DNA of 63,324 bases, the filler included, from Acidimicrobiia bacterium (GTDB lineage: Bacteria > Actinomycetota > Acidimicrobiia > Spongiisociales > CAZKJJ01): NCBI GenBank assembly GCA_046759765.1. It is 20 parts of 20 records of this genome, joined end to end, with 100 filler letters (N's around TTAATTAATTAA, not from the genome) between each part and the next. Parts side by side here need not be neighbours in the genome. Positions count along the whole stretch, not along the records: positions 48,322 to 51,256 come from JBHICV010000239.1; positions 51,357 to 54,282 come from JBHICV010000240.1; positions 54,383 to 57,300 come from JBHICV010000241.1; positions 57,401 to 60,317 come from JBHICV010000242.1; positions 60,418 to 63,324 come from JBHICV010000243.1; 15 more parts are not named here. The stretch is one strand, 5' to 3'. Positions within the stretch are counted from its first letter, which is position 1. Every line of letters starts with the position of its first letter. Positions 50,071 through 60,671 of this stretch are shown here, piece after piece. The position numbers were made by a program, and so were the translations under genes. The notes under the pieces are model-generated. The model was not told where the DNA came from and did no database searches. It saw only the letters and a program-made list of their open reading frames with translations.

Positions 50071-51256
50071 ATGACCTCCACCGTTGACATCGATCTGGGC
50101 TCCTACCAGCTCGGTTGGAAGGATGAGGTCGACTACGTCTTCAAGCCGAAGAAGGGCCTGAACGAAGAGATCATCCGCGAGATATCCGCCATGAAGGGCG
50201 AGCCGGAGTGGATGCTGAACTTTCGGCTGAAGGCGTACCGGCGTTTCATGCGGAAGCCGGTCCCGACGTGGGGTGGCGGCGGCAAGCTCAGCGAGATCGA
50301 CTTCGACGACATCTACTACTACATCAAGCCGACCGAGTCCCAGGCCAAAGACTGGGACATGGTCCCGGAATCGATCAAGGACACCTACGAGAAGCTAGGT
50401 ATCCCTGAAGCCGAGCGAAAGTTCTTGGCGGGAGTTACGGCCCAATATGAGTCAGAGGTTGTTTACCACCGCAACCGCGAGGACCTCGAAGAGATGGGTG
50501 TCCTCTTTGCCGACACCGACACGGCGGTGCGCGAGCACCCCGACCTGGTCAAGGAGTACTTCGGAACGATCGTCCCGCCCAACGACAACAAGTTCGCGGC
50601 GCTCAACTCCGCGGTGTGGTCCGGTGGATCGTTCATCTACGTTCCCGAGGGCGTTCACGTCGAGCAGCCTCTGCAGGCCTACTTCCGGATCAACGCCGAG
50701 AACATGGGCCAGTTCGAACGGACGCTGATCATCGTCGACGAGGGCGCCTACGTTCATTACGTGGAGGGTTGCTCCGCTCCCGTTTACACGACGGACTCAC
50801 TGCACTCAGCGGTCGTAGAGATCATCGTCAAGCCGGGTGCCCGCTGCCGCTACACGACCATTCAGAACTGGTCGCCCAACGTCTTCAACTTGGTGACCAA
50901 GCGTGCCGCGGCCTATAGCGACGCGACGATGGAATGGATCGACGGGAACTTAGGGTCGCGCCTCACCATGAAGTACCCGTCCGTCTGGCTTATGGAGCCG
51001 GGTGCCCACGGCGAGGTTCTCTCGATCGCGTATGCGGGAGCAGGCCAGCACCAGGATGCCGGAGCGAAGATGGTCCACGCCGCACCCCATACCACGTCCA
51101 CCATCGTGTCGAAGTCGATCTCCAAGAACGGTGGTCGTGCCGGCTACCGCGGCCTCATCCGAGTCGAAGACGGATCGTCCCACACCAAGTCGTTCGTTCG
51201 CTGCGATGCGCTGATCCTCGACGACCAGTCCCGCTCGGATACCTACCCCTATATGG
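50071..51256 (+). CDS. sufB: Fe-S assembly protein SufB (3' partial)
   Basis: Same motifs as 40001-41413, with many synonymous differences. Confidence 0.96.
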
Positions 51257-51552
51257 NNNNNNNNNNNNNNNNNNNNNNNNNNNNNNNNNNNNNNNNNNNN
51301 TTAATTAATTAANNNNNNNNNNNNNNNNNNNNNNNNNNNNNNNNNNNNNNNNNNNNGGCACCTCGGAGCGCGGTCGCTAGATCCAATCGCGCGGGTCTCG
51401 AGTCGCCGATCGGCTTGAGTTGATGCTGCCGTGTGCAGGTGGGTTCGACAACGCTTCTGAGGCGTTGGCCAAAGTGGTGGCCGAGGCTGGTCCCTCCCCG
51501 GAGGTGGTCCTCGAGGCGACGTGGGGTCATGCGGCCAGGAAGCTCCGAGTCG

Positions 51553-51957
51553 CTAGTCCGAGTGCTCCATCAAGAGATAATGCTCGGCCTTGAAGAAGTC
51601 AGCATCTGGCTCGAAGCTAGGAACCAACTGATCGACCGCCTCCTGCTGAGAGACCAACCGTGGTGAGTCGAGCCGGAGCTCTTCCCCACCCACCCGGAGA
51701 GTGGCCGTACCGGCCACCAGGATGTTCCGCACCCAATCCGAACCAGGGCCATATCTCACGACGAGCACATAGCCTTCTTTGGTCGGATGAGCATCGAGCG
51801 GTGTTTGATAGACGGTGCCCGACGACCTTCCGACGTGAATGACCACCGGTCTCTTACCCTTTCTGACCTCTCTCGGGTTGAAGACACGCTTGTTGACCCT
51901 TGCTAGCCATCTCGGGTAGGGCACCCATCGACTCCTAAGCCTCGCGTACGGCTTCAC
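51553..51957 (-). CDS. Deazaflavin (F420)-dependent nitroreductase family protein
   Basis: HVGRSSGTVYQTPL..YGPGSDWVRNILVAG. Confidence 0.87.
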   Translation of the reverse strand: MKPYARLRSRWVPYPRWLARVNKRVFNPREVRKGKRPVVIHVGRSSGTVYQTPLDAHPTKEGYVLVVRYGPGSDWVRNILVAGTATLRVGGEELRLDSPRLVSQQEAVDQLVPSFEPDADFFKAEHYLLMEHSD

Positions 51958-52070
51958 GACAATGTAATGGCAGCCGCCTCGGAACCGCCCGCGGTTTCGG
52001 GGTGTCGCCTACCCTCTCATTGGCACCGCCCCTCCGGGGAGATGGGGAAACGGAAAGGAGCGAACAGACG

Positions 52071-52482
52071 ATGACGGGTGTTCTGATCAGTGAGGCGGGA
52101 ACCGGCGAGCGGCTCGGCCATGCATCTCTTCTGGTTGCCAACCCAGACCTCTATGTGGCCGAGTACTCGCTCGAACCCGGAACGGAGCCAGGCGAGCCGC
52201 ACTCCCACGAGCGACACACAGACTCGTTCTACGTGCTCGACGGGGAGCTCGAGTTCCAGATCGACAGGCGGGGCCGTTCAGGCGACCGCTGGGACGCTGG
52301 TCGTGGCCCCGCGAGGGGCCGTACACGCCTTCCCGGTCGCAATCGGCGGCCCGGCGCGGTTCCTGAACGTACACACGCCAGGCGGCTTCGAGCACTACAT
52401 GCGCGAGCTCGTCGCCATGCGTGAGCGGGGAGAGCGGCCCGAAGACGAGTTCCTGCGGTCGCACGACATCCACGAGGTCTGA
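52071..52482 (+). pseudogene. Cupin-domain protein with a frameshift near 52266
   Basis: PHSHERHTDSFYVLDGELEF continues in another frame as AGTLVVAPRGAVHAF..FLNVHTPGGFEHY. Confidence 0.8.
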
Positions 52483-52681
52483 CCCAATCATCTGTGACCT
52501 ACGAGAAACACCTCAACCCCGACCAATGACACCAACAGCGAGTCCCCCCACGCCGATCATCCAATCTGTTCGATAACGATCCGGTCGTCCAAGAGCGCAT
52601 AGCGGCACGTCCTGAGCGGGCTTTCCGTCGCAGGAGTAACTGCTTCGGTAAGGCGGACGCATGCTTCGCGATACTGGAGGG

Positions 52682-53230
52682 GTGAGTGCCACGGTACGGG
52701 TCTTTCTGTCGGTGGGGCTGATCGCAACCCTCGCGGGCTGCTCCGGAACCGACGAGTCGCGGCCGCCTGGCAGAGTCGGGGTGGCGTACGAGGTCGTTCT
52801 CCGTTGCGAGGACGTCATCGATCGGGTCGCCGATCCTCCGGCCGAGTACGGGATCGTCGCCGGGGTGATGGCGTTGCCAACCGGCGATGCCGCACCCCAT
52901 CCACTCCAGGCGAACGACACGAGAGGTCCAGATCCGGCGTCACGGTTCTTCGCCAAGACCGGTCTCCTGATCTGGCCGAAGCGCGAGTTCGCCGTGGTGG
53001 TTCCGGAGGATTACCACGACCGAGTTGCCATCGGGTGGGGCAGCCCGGGCACCGATACCCACAGGCTCATCGTCCCACCGTGCCCATCCGATGACGACGA
53101 GTGGCTGGTGTTTGCCGGAGGGATCAGCATTGCCAACCCCGAGTGCATCGAGCTCGAGGTCGATGACGGGACCGCCACCGAACGGTTCACCGTCGCCGTG
53201 GGAGAGCCGTGCCCAGGACAACAGCCGTAA
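52682..53230 (+). CDS. Hypothetical lipoprotein
   Basis: Lipobox LAGC; four further Cys residues. Confidence 0.7.
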   Translation: MSATVRVFLSVGLIATLAGCSGTDESRPPGRVGVAYEVVLRCEDVIDRVADPPAEYGIVAGVMALPTGDAAPHPLQANDTRGPDPASRFFAKTGLLIWPKREFAVVVPEDYHDRVAIGWGSPGTDTHRLIVPPCPSDDDEWLVFAGGISIANPECIELEVDDGTATERFTVAVGEPCPGQQP

Positions 53231-53512
53231 CTGTACGGTCAGAAGCTGCCCGCTCCGATCACTCAGTCTGGGCGATATCGCCCGCTTCACCGAATGCGAT
53301 AGATCGGCACATATCGAGCGGTCATCGGGTGCGCAGATTGCGGGGTGCTCTTACAGACAGGGACTCTAACTGCGGAGTCTCTCTTCTTGGAAGCTGATGC
53401 CCCGGCAGCGGCTCCAACAATCACGTATATTCCGAAAAGCGACCGCACCGACCTAGTTGGAAGGAGGATCGACCACGGTCGCGAGAGGTACCACGAACAA
53501 AGGAGGCTGGAA

Positions 53513-53914
53513 ATGTTGGGTGACAAGCTCGGTGAGGAAACCGGACAGATAACGAGCACGAAGGTGGTGTCGACCAATCCACCTACGACGGAAGTGTCCT
53601 TTCAGGCGAACGGACAGATATTGGGTGTCGAGACCAGCACAATCGCCACCTACACGAGCGTGATGCGCCCCGACGGCACCATCTACGGTGAGGGCGAGGG
53701 CCTGGTCCTGACCGCCGACGGAGAGGGCGCCAGCTGGAAGGGCAGCGGTGTCGGCGTCCTAACCGGTAAGGGCATGGGCGCCAAATACCGCGGAGCTATC
53801 TACTACTCCACGGAGTCGGAGAAGCTGAGCAAGCTCAACAGCATCGCCGCCGTGTTCGAGTACGAGGTGGATGCAGAGGGCAAAACGCATGGCATCATCT
53901 GGGAGTGGAGCTAG
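53513..53914 (+). CDS. Conserved hypothetical beta-rich protein
   Basis: AAGGAGG RBS; MLGDKLGEETG..RPDGTIYGEG..YRGAIYY..FEYEVD..WEW. Confidence 0.8.
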   Translation: MLGDKLGEETGQITSTKVVSTNPPTTEVSFQANGQILGVETSTIATYTSVMRPDGTIYGEGEGLVLTADGEGASWKGSGVGVLTGKGMGAKYRGAIYYSTESEKLSKLNSIAAVFEYEVDAEGKTHGIIWEWS

Positions 53915-54569
53915 CGGGTCTCGGGAGTCGTCTGACAGTGCGGGGTGAGATGATCCGATCGTAGGCGTTCGGGCGGGCCGGTGAGACAGGCCGAGCTTCC
54001 CGCTGCCTACCTCGACGCCAACGGCTGAACCTACGTCGACGGTTGCTGAGCGAGAACGTTTGTCACCGCGCGTTGACGGCCGTTTGAAAGTGGGCCGTTC
54101 GACGAGGCACGCTCCCGAGCGCGAAGCAACGTAGGAGTCATCGGCTGTCGGCAGGACGCTGCCCTCCACGGAACCGCCCGGTACGTCGAGCAACTGGCGG
54201 GCAGTCCGTGCGCCGGCGTTCTCACGGCGCACAGAACACCAATTCAGGAGCAGGAACGAGCAAACCCTCAGGGTGCTCTAGANNNNNNNNNNNNNNNNNN
54301 NNNNNNNNNNNNNNNNNNNNNNNNNNTTAATTAATTAANNNNNNNNNNNNNNNNNNNNNNNNNNNNNNNNNNNNNNNNNNNNGAACATCACGTGCGGGCG
54401 CGAAGGTCAAGGGCGGCTTCCGGTCCGAATGCCGGTTTCTGAGCGCACTTCCAGGCCGCCTAGCGAGGACGGTCGTGGTCGTTCTGTGCGCGTCTGCGAG
54501 CCGCGCCAGCGGTCTACCTCACCTGCTTGAGGTGCCTTTGGATGGCTTGCCTGGTAACCGCTTTTGAGG

Positions 54570-57218
54570 TCAGGTAGAGGTTGTCGAGTCCGTCGTGTGT
54601 GCAAGGAGTGCCGCTGCCGCGAGCTCGGTGGCGTCTTCGGGGAGGCTTTGTCTTCCTTCCTGGAAGTGGCGATCGAAGGTGGAGGCGCCTAGTTGCTGGT
54701 AGGCGTCAGCTGTGACTTGATCATGCCAGGCGCGCTCGAAGGGTCGTACTCCGGTTCCGATGTGCTCTTCCCGTAGCGCTTCGACGGAGCCGAGAAGTCG
54801 GGCGGCTCGCTCGGGGTGTCCCTCTTTGAGCGCCCACAGCGCTATGTGGTCGAGGCAGTGAGCGAGGCACTGTACGAAGCCGGCTTCCCGGTACTGGCCG
54901 ACCGCTTCCGTGAAGTGCGTTTGCGCCTGTTCCGTGCGCCCGGCGAAGTGGGCTCGGAGTCCGTAAGCCTCGGCGGCGTGGGCTTTTATGAGGGGTGCTC
55001 CGGTCTCCTCGCCCAGGCTCTCGAGTTGGGAGGCAAACCGCTCGGCGTTGGGCGGGTCCCCGCGCTGAAACTCCCAGAGGACCAGCGCCCACAGACTCCG
55101 GGTGAGACCGGTGGGATCCCAGATTGTCTGGAACGTCTTCAGGGCCGAGGTGAGAAGCCGAGGCACCCGTTCGGCATCGGTCTCCCACATAGCGGCAGCC
55201 AGATCGAGCTGGGCCCGGGCTCTGGCTGACGGATCGTCCACCGCCTCAAAGAGTTCCAGGCTCCGTTCTAAGACCGGCGCCGCAGCCCGGGCATCACCTT
55301 GGAATATCAGGAGCTCACCGCGGACGGCCAACGCCGGAGCCAGGATCTCCGGAGCGGATTCGCCCGCCGAGAGCAGCTCGTCAAGCCAGTATGCGCCTTC
55401 CCTCACCGCGCTGAGGATGAGAAACAGCTCGAGTGCTGTGAGCAGCCGCAGTCCGGTTTCGGGTTCTCCGTGTTCTAGGGAGCGTTCCAGTACGGCACGG
55501 ATGTCATCGAAGGTAGCGTTAATCCGGCCGAGCCAGAGTCGCATCTCGGGACCGACCATCCGCTTCGTCGCTTCCTCGGCGAAGTCAAGGACCCAACCAG
55601 TGTGCGCCTCCTCGATTCGGGGCAAGTCCCCAGATTCGGCTAGGCGGGTTCGGGCGTAATGGCGGATGGTGTCGAGCATCCGGTAGCGAACGTCGTCTTG
55701 GTCACGGACCACCGCCAGTAGCGATCTGTCGACCAGACCGGTAACCACATCCAGTATCTGATCTGCTTCGATATCGTCTGCGGCTGCCACCCGCTCGGCC
55801 GCCGACAGATCGAAGGAGCCGGCGAACACTCCCAGACGGGAGAAGACGACCTGTTCTGTCTTGTTGAGCAGGTCGTAGCTCCATCCCACTGTGGCTTCCA
55901 GAGTCTGCTGACGGGGAAGCGCAGTCCGACTTCCCCCCGACAGCACTGTCAAGCGGTCCTCCAACCGACCGGCGATGCTCTCGACAGAGAGGGAACGGAC
56001 CCGAGTTGCGGCAAGCTCGATGGCCAGCGGCAGGCCATCCACGCGGCGGCAGATAGCGACGACCGACGGAGCGGTTCTCTCGGACAGCTCGAAGCCAGGA
56101 TCGGCCGCACGGGCACGTTCGGCGAACAACATCACCGCCTCTGGAGGATTCCCAAGGCTTACTGAGTCGTCAGCTTCGGGGAGCATCATGGGCGGGACCT
56201 GCCAACTCACCTCTCCCGGGACGTTCAAGGGTTCGCGACTGGTGGCCAACACCCGCACTCCCGCGGCTGCTCCCAGCAGCGTGTCGGTGAGCTCGGCGGC
56301 GGCGTCGATCAGATGCTCACAGTTATCCAACACCAACAGCAGGTCCCGCCGTTCCAGGTAGCCGACCAGAGTTGCCATGGTGGGCTGTCCCGGCTGCTCG
56401 GGTACACCCAACGCGGCTCGTACCGCCTGCGGAACCAGCTCGGCATCAGCCAACCCCGCCAGCTCGGCCAGCCACACCCCATCGGGGTGCCGCTCGATCC
56501 GATCAGCGGCCACCTGGAGGGCCAGCCGGGTCTTCCCCACACCGCCGGGGCCCACCAACGTCACCAACCGCGAGGTGTCCACCACCTCCCGTATTTTTTC
56601 CCGCGTCTCTTCTCTGCCCAGGAACGACGACAACTGAACGGGGAGATTGTTGGGAGAGCCCTCCAGGGAATGCAGCGGCGGAAACTGGTCCGGTAGACCA
56701 TCGACGACCAACTGAGAGAGGTGCTCCGGATGCGCCAGATCCTTAAGCGAGTGGTCGCCCAAGTGTCGAAGGAAGACACCAGCAGGAAGCCTGTGCTCGA
56801 CGACCGTTGCGGTGGAGGCGGAAAGCACGACCTGCCCTCCGTGCGCGGCATCAGCCACCCGGGCAGCGCGATGCACATCGATACCCACATAGCTGTCACC
56901 CCCAAGGGTTCCCTCACCTGTATGGATACCCATGCGCACCCGCACCTCACCCTCCGGCGGCCAAGAATGGGCGGCTAGGGCCCGCTGAGCGGCCACCGCC
57001 GCCCGTACCGCATCCGGGGCAGAAGCGAACACCACGAAGAAACTGTCTCCCTCAGTGCTGACCTCGACTCCGTCAGCCTCCGCGATCGCCTGCCGGATCA
57101 GCCTCGAATGGATCTCCAGGAGGTCCTGGAACTCGTCACCGTGCCTCTGCAAGAGCCGAGTGGATCCCTCAATGTCGGTAAACAGGAACGTGACCGTTCC
57201 GGCTGGCAGTGCCCCCAT
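54570..57218 (-). CDS. Class III cyclase + STAND/NB-ARC ATPase + TPR protein
   Basis: TFLFTDIEGST, EGDSFF; GPGGVGKTRL, LVLDNCEHL, DGLPLAIELA. Confidence 0.92.
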   Translation of the reverse strand: MGALPAGTVTFLFTDIEGSTRLLQRHGDEFQDLLEIHSRLIRQAIAEADGVEVSTEGDSFFVVFASAPDAVRAAVAAQRALAAHSWPPEGEVRVRMGIHTGEGTLGGDSYVGIDVHRAARVADAAHGGQVVLSASTATVVEHRLPAGVFLRHLGDHSLKDLAHPEHLSQLVVDGLPDQFPPLHSLEGSPNNLPVQLSSFLGREETREKIREVVDTSRLVTLVGPGGVGKTRLALQVAADRIERHPDGVWLAELAGLADAELVPQAVRAALGVPEQPGQPTMATLVGYLERRDLLLVLDNCEHLIDAAAELTDTLLGAAAGVRVLATSREPLNVPGEVSWQVPPMMLPEADDSVSLGNPPEAVMLFAERARAADPGFELSERTAPSVVAICRRVDGLPLAIELAATRVRSLSVESIAGRLEDRLTVLSGGSRTALPRQQTLEATVGWSYDLLNKTEQVVFSRLGVFAGSFDLSAAERVAAADDIEADQILDVVTGLVDRSLLAVVRDQDDVRYRMLDTIRHYARTRLAESGDLPRIEEAHTGWVLDFAEEATKRMVGPEMRLWLGRINATFDDIRAVLERSLEHGEPETGLRLLTALELFLILSAVREGAYWLDELLSAGESAPEILAPALAVRGELLIFQGDARAAAPVLERSLELFEAVDDPSARARAQLDLAAAMWETDAERVPRLLTSALKTFQTIWDPTGLTRSLWALVLWEFQRGDPPNAERFASQLESLGEETGAPLIKAHAAEAYGLRAHFAGRTEQAQTHFTEAVGQYREAGFVQCLAHCLDHIALWALKEGHPERAARLLGSVEALREEHIGTGVRPFERAWHDQVTADAYQQLGASTFDRHFQEGRQSLPEDATELAAAALLAHTTDSTTST

Positions 57219-57400
57219 GTCACGGAATTTACCCCGGACCGTGTCGCTCATATCACCCACAATGAGCGATAACAATCGTGCGGTTTGTCAAGGTGGGCTG
57301 NNNNNNNNNNNNNNNNNNNNNNNNNNNNNNNNNNNNNNNNNNNNTTAATTAATTAANNNNNNNNNNNNNNNNNNNNNNNNNNNNNNNNNNNNNNNNNNNN

Positions 57401-58089
57401 CGGACGAGCGACGAGGGAAGGAGCTCGAGCCGCCGGCCGGCCAGCTCGCCGACGATGGACTCGCCCGTGATCTGCTGCCACAACGACTCGGTGGCGTTGT
57501 CCCACATCACCAGGTCGTTGTTCCGCAGCAGACCCGAGACCCCGAAGCGCAGCACCTGGCCGTTGAGGGTGCGCTCGAACACGATGGCGGTGTTGCACAG
57601 CGGGCAGTAGGTGACCACCAGTGGCTCGCCGGCTGCCACGTCGTTGACGATCTCGTGGCGGGTGAGGATCCGTAGTGGATAGAAGCGCCGAACGTTCTGG
57701 AAGTCGAGGAACAAGCCGGGCTCACGGTCGTCGAGCCACTGGTCGGCCGCGGTGACGCCCTCGAACTTGGGAGCGTCGATCGGCGGGATGGCGTCCCGAG
57801 GGTCGGTCACCGGGATCCCTTTGACCAGCTCACTCAAGTCTTCGATGGTCCTCCGAGTCCAGTCGGTGTTCCAAAGGGGTGCGAGCCGGGCCAGGGTGTC
57901 CGGTAGCTCGACTTGGGGATCAAAGATGAGGCGCGGTTCGTCGCCCTGGGACGGCACCGTCACAGTGGTCGTGGGGCCGGTTGCGCGCTGTTCGCTCTCT
58001 CCGTCGGAGCCGGAGACTGCGGTGACGATCAGGACTCCTGCGAGGACCGCGACGGCGGCGAGGAGAGCCAGGGCTCTCGCTGGCCTCAT
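57401..58089 (-). CDS. DUF3179 domain protein (3' partial)
   Basis: RDAIPPIDAP, HEIVND, TYCPLCNT, FGVSGLL..DLVMWD..TESLWQQ. Confidence 0.9.
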
Positions 58090-58277
58090 GCGTTGCTCCT
58101 TGGATCAGGTTGGGTGGTCTCCTGGAGGGCAACGCCAGCGCGGGCTCACGACGCGGTGCCTTTGTCACCGCGGCGACAATCTTTGTGCAACTGTGGGAAA
58201 GGTGAGGGGCTCTGCTCCCGCAGCGAAGGGCCGCAACGGGATAGCGTAAACCCCGGGCGACTATAGGATCACCCGGC

Positions 58278-58919
58278 GTGGCGCGCGGAAGACGTCAAGA
58301 GCGGGGATCGCGGCGGCCCAAGACCACGGCCGGCGACGAACGGGCCAGGCAGAAGAAGGCACGGCGCGAACAGGCCAAGCTTGAGAGGCTCAAGGCTCTG
58401 CGGCGCAAGCGGCTCCTCAGGCGGGTTCGCCTCGTCGGGGTGACCGTCGCAGCCGTAGCGGCCGCGGCTGCCGTCGCTTTCCTGCTGTTGCGCCCGTCGG
58501 AGGAGATCAAAGGCGTCGAACGCCCGCCCTACCAGGGGAGGCAGCACCTGTCCGCCGGTGCCGTGGGCAACTACGGCACCCCGACGCCGACCAGCGGTTC
58601 GCACTCGGTGTCGTCGGCGCGCTGCGGGATCTTTGCCACCCAGACGCCACCCGAGCTGGCGGTGCACTCTCTCGAGCACGGGGTAGTGGTCGTTTGGTAT
58701 CGGTCGGACCTCAAGGACGATCTGCTGCCGTCCCTGTCCGAGCTGGTCCGGCAGTGGGATTCGCATGTCATCGTCAGCCCGCACTCCGGTATCTCGGACC
58801 CGATCGTCGCCACGGCGTGGAACCGTCTGAAGCGATACGAACGGGTGGACGAAGGCTTGGAAGAGTTCATCGACGTCTACCGCCGACGCGGGCCTGAGTC
58901 GGTGAGGTGCGACCTCTGA
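58278..58919 (+). CDS. DUF3105 domain membrane protein
   Basis: TPTSGSH, VHSLEHGVVVVWY, VATAW. Confidence 0.88.
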   Translation: MARGRRQERGSRRPKTTAGDERARQKKARREQAKLERLKALRRKRLLRRVRLVGVTVAAVAAAAAVAFLLLRPSEEIKGVERPPYQGRQHLSAGAVGNYGTPTPTSGSHSVSSARCGIFATQTPPELAVHSLEHGVVVVWYRSDLKDDLLPSLSELVRQWDSHVIVSPHSGISDPIVATAWNRLKRYERVDEGLEEFIDVYRRRGPESVRCDL

Positions 58920-59025
58920 CTGGCGGGGGAGCTTCTGACTGGCTGGGGAGCTGGCGTGGTGTTGCTGAATCGTGAGCGGGAGTCGGCTGCGGAGGTCGGG
59001 ACCCTTCCGACGATCGGATCTCGAG

Positions 59026-59604
59026 TTATTGCTCCAGGGAGGCTTGAGCGTCAATCTCGATCCTGACCTGACGACTTACCAAATCGCCACCCTCTGCCAA
59101 CGCCACGTTCCAGTCGACGCCCCAGCCCTCTCGGTCGATCTCAACCTCAGCGGCGAACGCCGCTTTGGGTTTCCCCCCTGGGGGAATAAACACACCAAGG
59201 AAGTCGACATCGAGCCCAACCGACCGGGTAACCGCCCGGATCGTCAAGTCCCCGGTCACCTTCCAGCGATCTGCTTGAGCCTCCACCGAGGTACTGCGAA
59301 ATATGATCTTCGGGTAGTTCTCCACGTCGAGAAAGTCCGCGGACCGAAGGTGGTTGTCTCGGTCCTCGTTGTGAGTGGAGATGCTTGCCGCCACGAGCTC
59401 AACCTCGAGTAACGAATCCTCGGGCCGCTCCGCCACCGTGATGCTCCCCGACAGCCCGGCAAACCGGCCGCGCACCCTCGTCACTCCAAGGTGGCGGGCC
59501 ACGAACCATGCCGAGGTGTGAGCAGGATCGAGCACCCACTTCCCGGCAACTGGGAGCTCTCTCCCGTCAACCACTCGGGTCAAGTCGTGGTTCTCCTCAG
59601 GCAC
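59026..59604 (-). CDS. YceI family protein
   Basis: WVLDPAHT..VRGRF..RDNHLRSADFLD..GDLTIR. Confidence 0.93.
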   Translation of the reverse strand: MPEENHDLTRVVDGRELPVAGKWVLDPAHTSAWFVARHLGVTRVRGRFAGLSGSITVAERPEDSLLEVELVAASISTHNEDRDNHLRSADFLDVENYPKIIFRSTSVEAQADRWKVTGDLTIRAVTRSVGLDVDFLGVFIPPGGKPKAAFAAEVEIDREGWGVDWNVALAEGGDLVSRQVRIEIDAQASLEQ

Positions 59605-59716
59605 TTCTACCTCGGCCTGCGGCTCAAGCCAAGACCTCGTCGAGCTTCGCCCGAGAGGTCGCGTTGGGGAGCTGGTGCACTACGGTGCCGGCATCCGAGC
59701 TATCCCGAGTCGGTAC

Positions 59717-59977
59717 TTATCGGTCGGGCCGACGCTCCCGGGCGACGTTGACGGTGATGCGCCGTCCCTCGATTTCGGAATCGTTCAGCTCGGCTATCGC
59801 CTTCTGCGCTTCCTCGTCCGAGGCCATCTCCACGAAACCGAAACCCCGAGACCGTCCCAGCTCCCGGTCGGTGATGATCCGGGCGTCCACGACCTCACCG
59901 TAGGAGGCGAACAAGCTCTCGAGCTCGCCCGAGGTGGTTGAGAAGGGAAGATTGCCTACATACAGGTTGGTCGCCAC
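59717..59977 (-). CDS. RRM RNA-binding protein
   Basis: LYVGNL (RNP2) and RGFGFVEM (RNP1). Confidence 0.94.
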   Translation of the reverse strand: MATNLYVGNLPFSTTSGELESLFASYGEVVDARIITDRELGRSRGFGFVEMASDEEAQKAIAELNDSEIEGRRITVNVARERRPDR

Positions 59978-60168
59978 GTTCTGCTCCTGGTCCGAGCCCC
60001 GGCCACTCCATCGGCCTGGAGCCTCTCTTGCATCTGTCGAGTCCGCCTCCCTGCGGCCCGACAGTGTGCTGCCGGCCGCCACGTTAGCCGTGCCTGGCCG
60101 AAGTGTCGCTTCGGTTCCCGAACCGGGCTCACCCTTCGGCTCCCGTAACAAAGAAGGGCCTTGAACAG

Positions 60169-60253
60169 TGCGGGCGGCGGGACTCGAACCCACATGGGCG
60201 AAAAGCCCACCAGATCCTAAATCTGGCGCCTGTGCCAGTTCGGCTACGCCCGC
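60169..60253 (-). tRNA. tRNA-Leu(TAG)
   Basis: GCGGGCG..CCAGA-TTTAGGA-TCTGG, long variable arm, GGTTCGAGTCC. Confidence 0.95.
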
Positions 60254-60257
60254 GGCG

Positions 60258-60317
60258 TGGGTCGCCAGGGACTCGAACCCTGAACCTAATGATTAAGAGT
60301 CATTTGCTCTGCCAAAT
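60258..60317 (-). tRNA. tRNA-Lys(CTT), 5' end cut by the contig edge
   Basis: AATGA-CTCTTAA-TCATT; CAGGGTTCGAGTCCCTG. Confidence 0.92.
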
Positions 60318-60417
60318 NNNNNNNNNNNNNNNNNNNNNNNNNNNNNNNNNNNNNNNNNNNNTTAATTAATTAANNNNNNNNNNNNNNNNNNNNNNNNNNN
60401 NNNNNNNNNNNNNNNNN

Positions 60418-60637
60418 AAGAGCCGACCGTAACTTCGTTTCCTCCTTTGCCTCCTTCGCGGCCGGCAACGTCGTGATCTACGCGCTCGGCGTCTGGTGGC
60501 TGATGGTTTTCCTGGAGATGAACTTGGAAGAGGCGCTGGTGACCGGGCTGGTCCCCTTTATCGCCGGCGATCTACTCAAGATCCTCGGGGCGTCGGCCCT
60601 GCTGCCGGTCGCATGGAAGCTCCTCGGCGAGAGGTGA
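60418..60637 (+). CDS. bioY: Biotin transporter BioY, C-terminal part
   Basis: GNVVIYALGVWWL..GLVPFIAGDLLK. Confidence 0.85.
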
Positions 60638-60671
60638 TTCCTGATTGCTGACGGCTGATAGCTGATAGGTG

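Noticed and set aside
57401..58089. Selenoprotein form of DUF3179
   Set aside because: The visible motif is TYCPLC with Cys codons; there is no in-frame TGA in the available part.
3300..60417. Regularly spaced TTAATTAATTAA repeats as a biological array
   Set aside because: Always flanked by N-runs; these are artificial contig linkers.
60640..60668. GCTGA(T/C)N heptamer run after bioY
   Set aside because: Only about four degenerate units between convergent genes; too short to assign a function.
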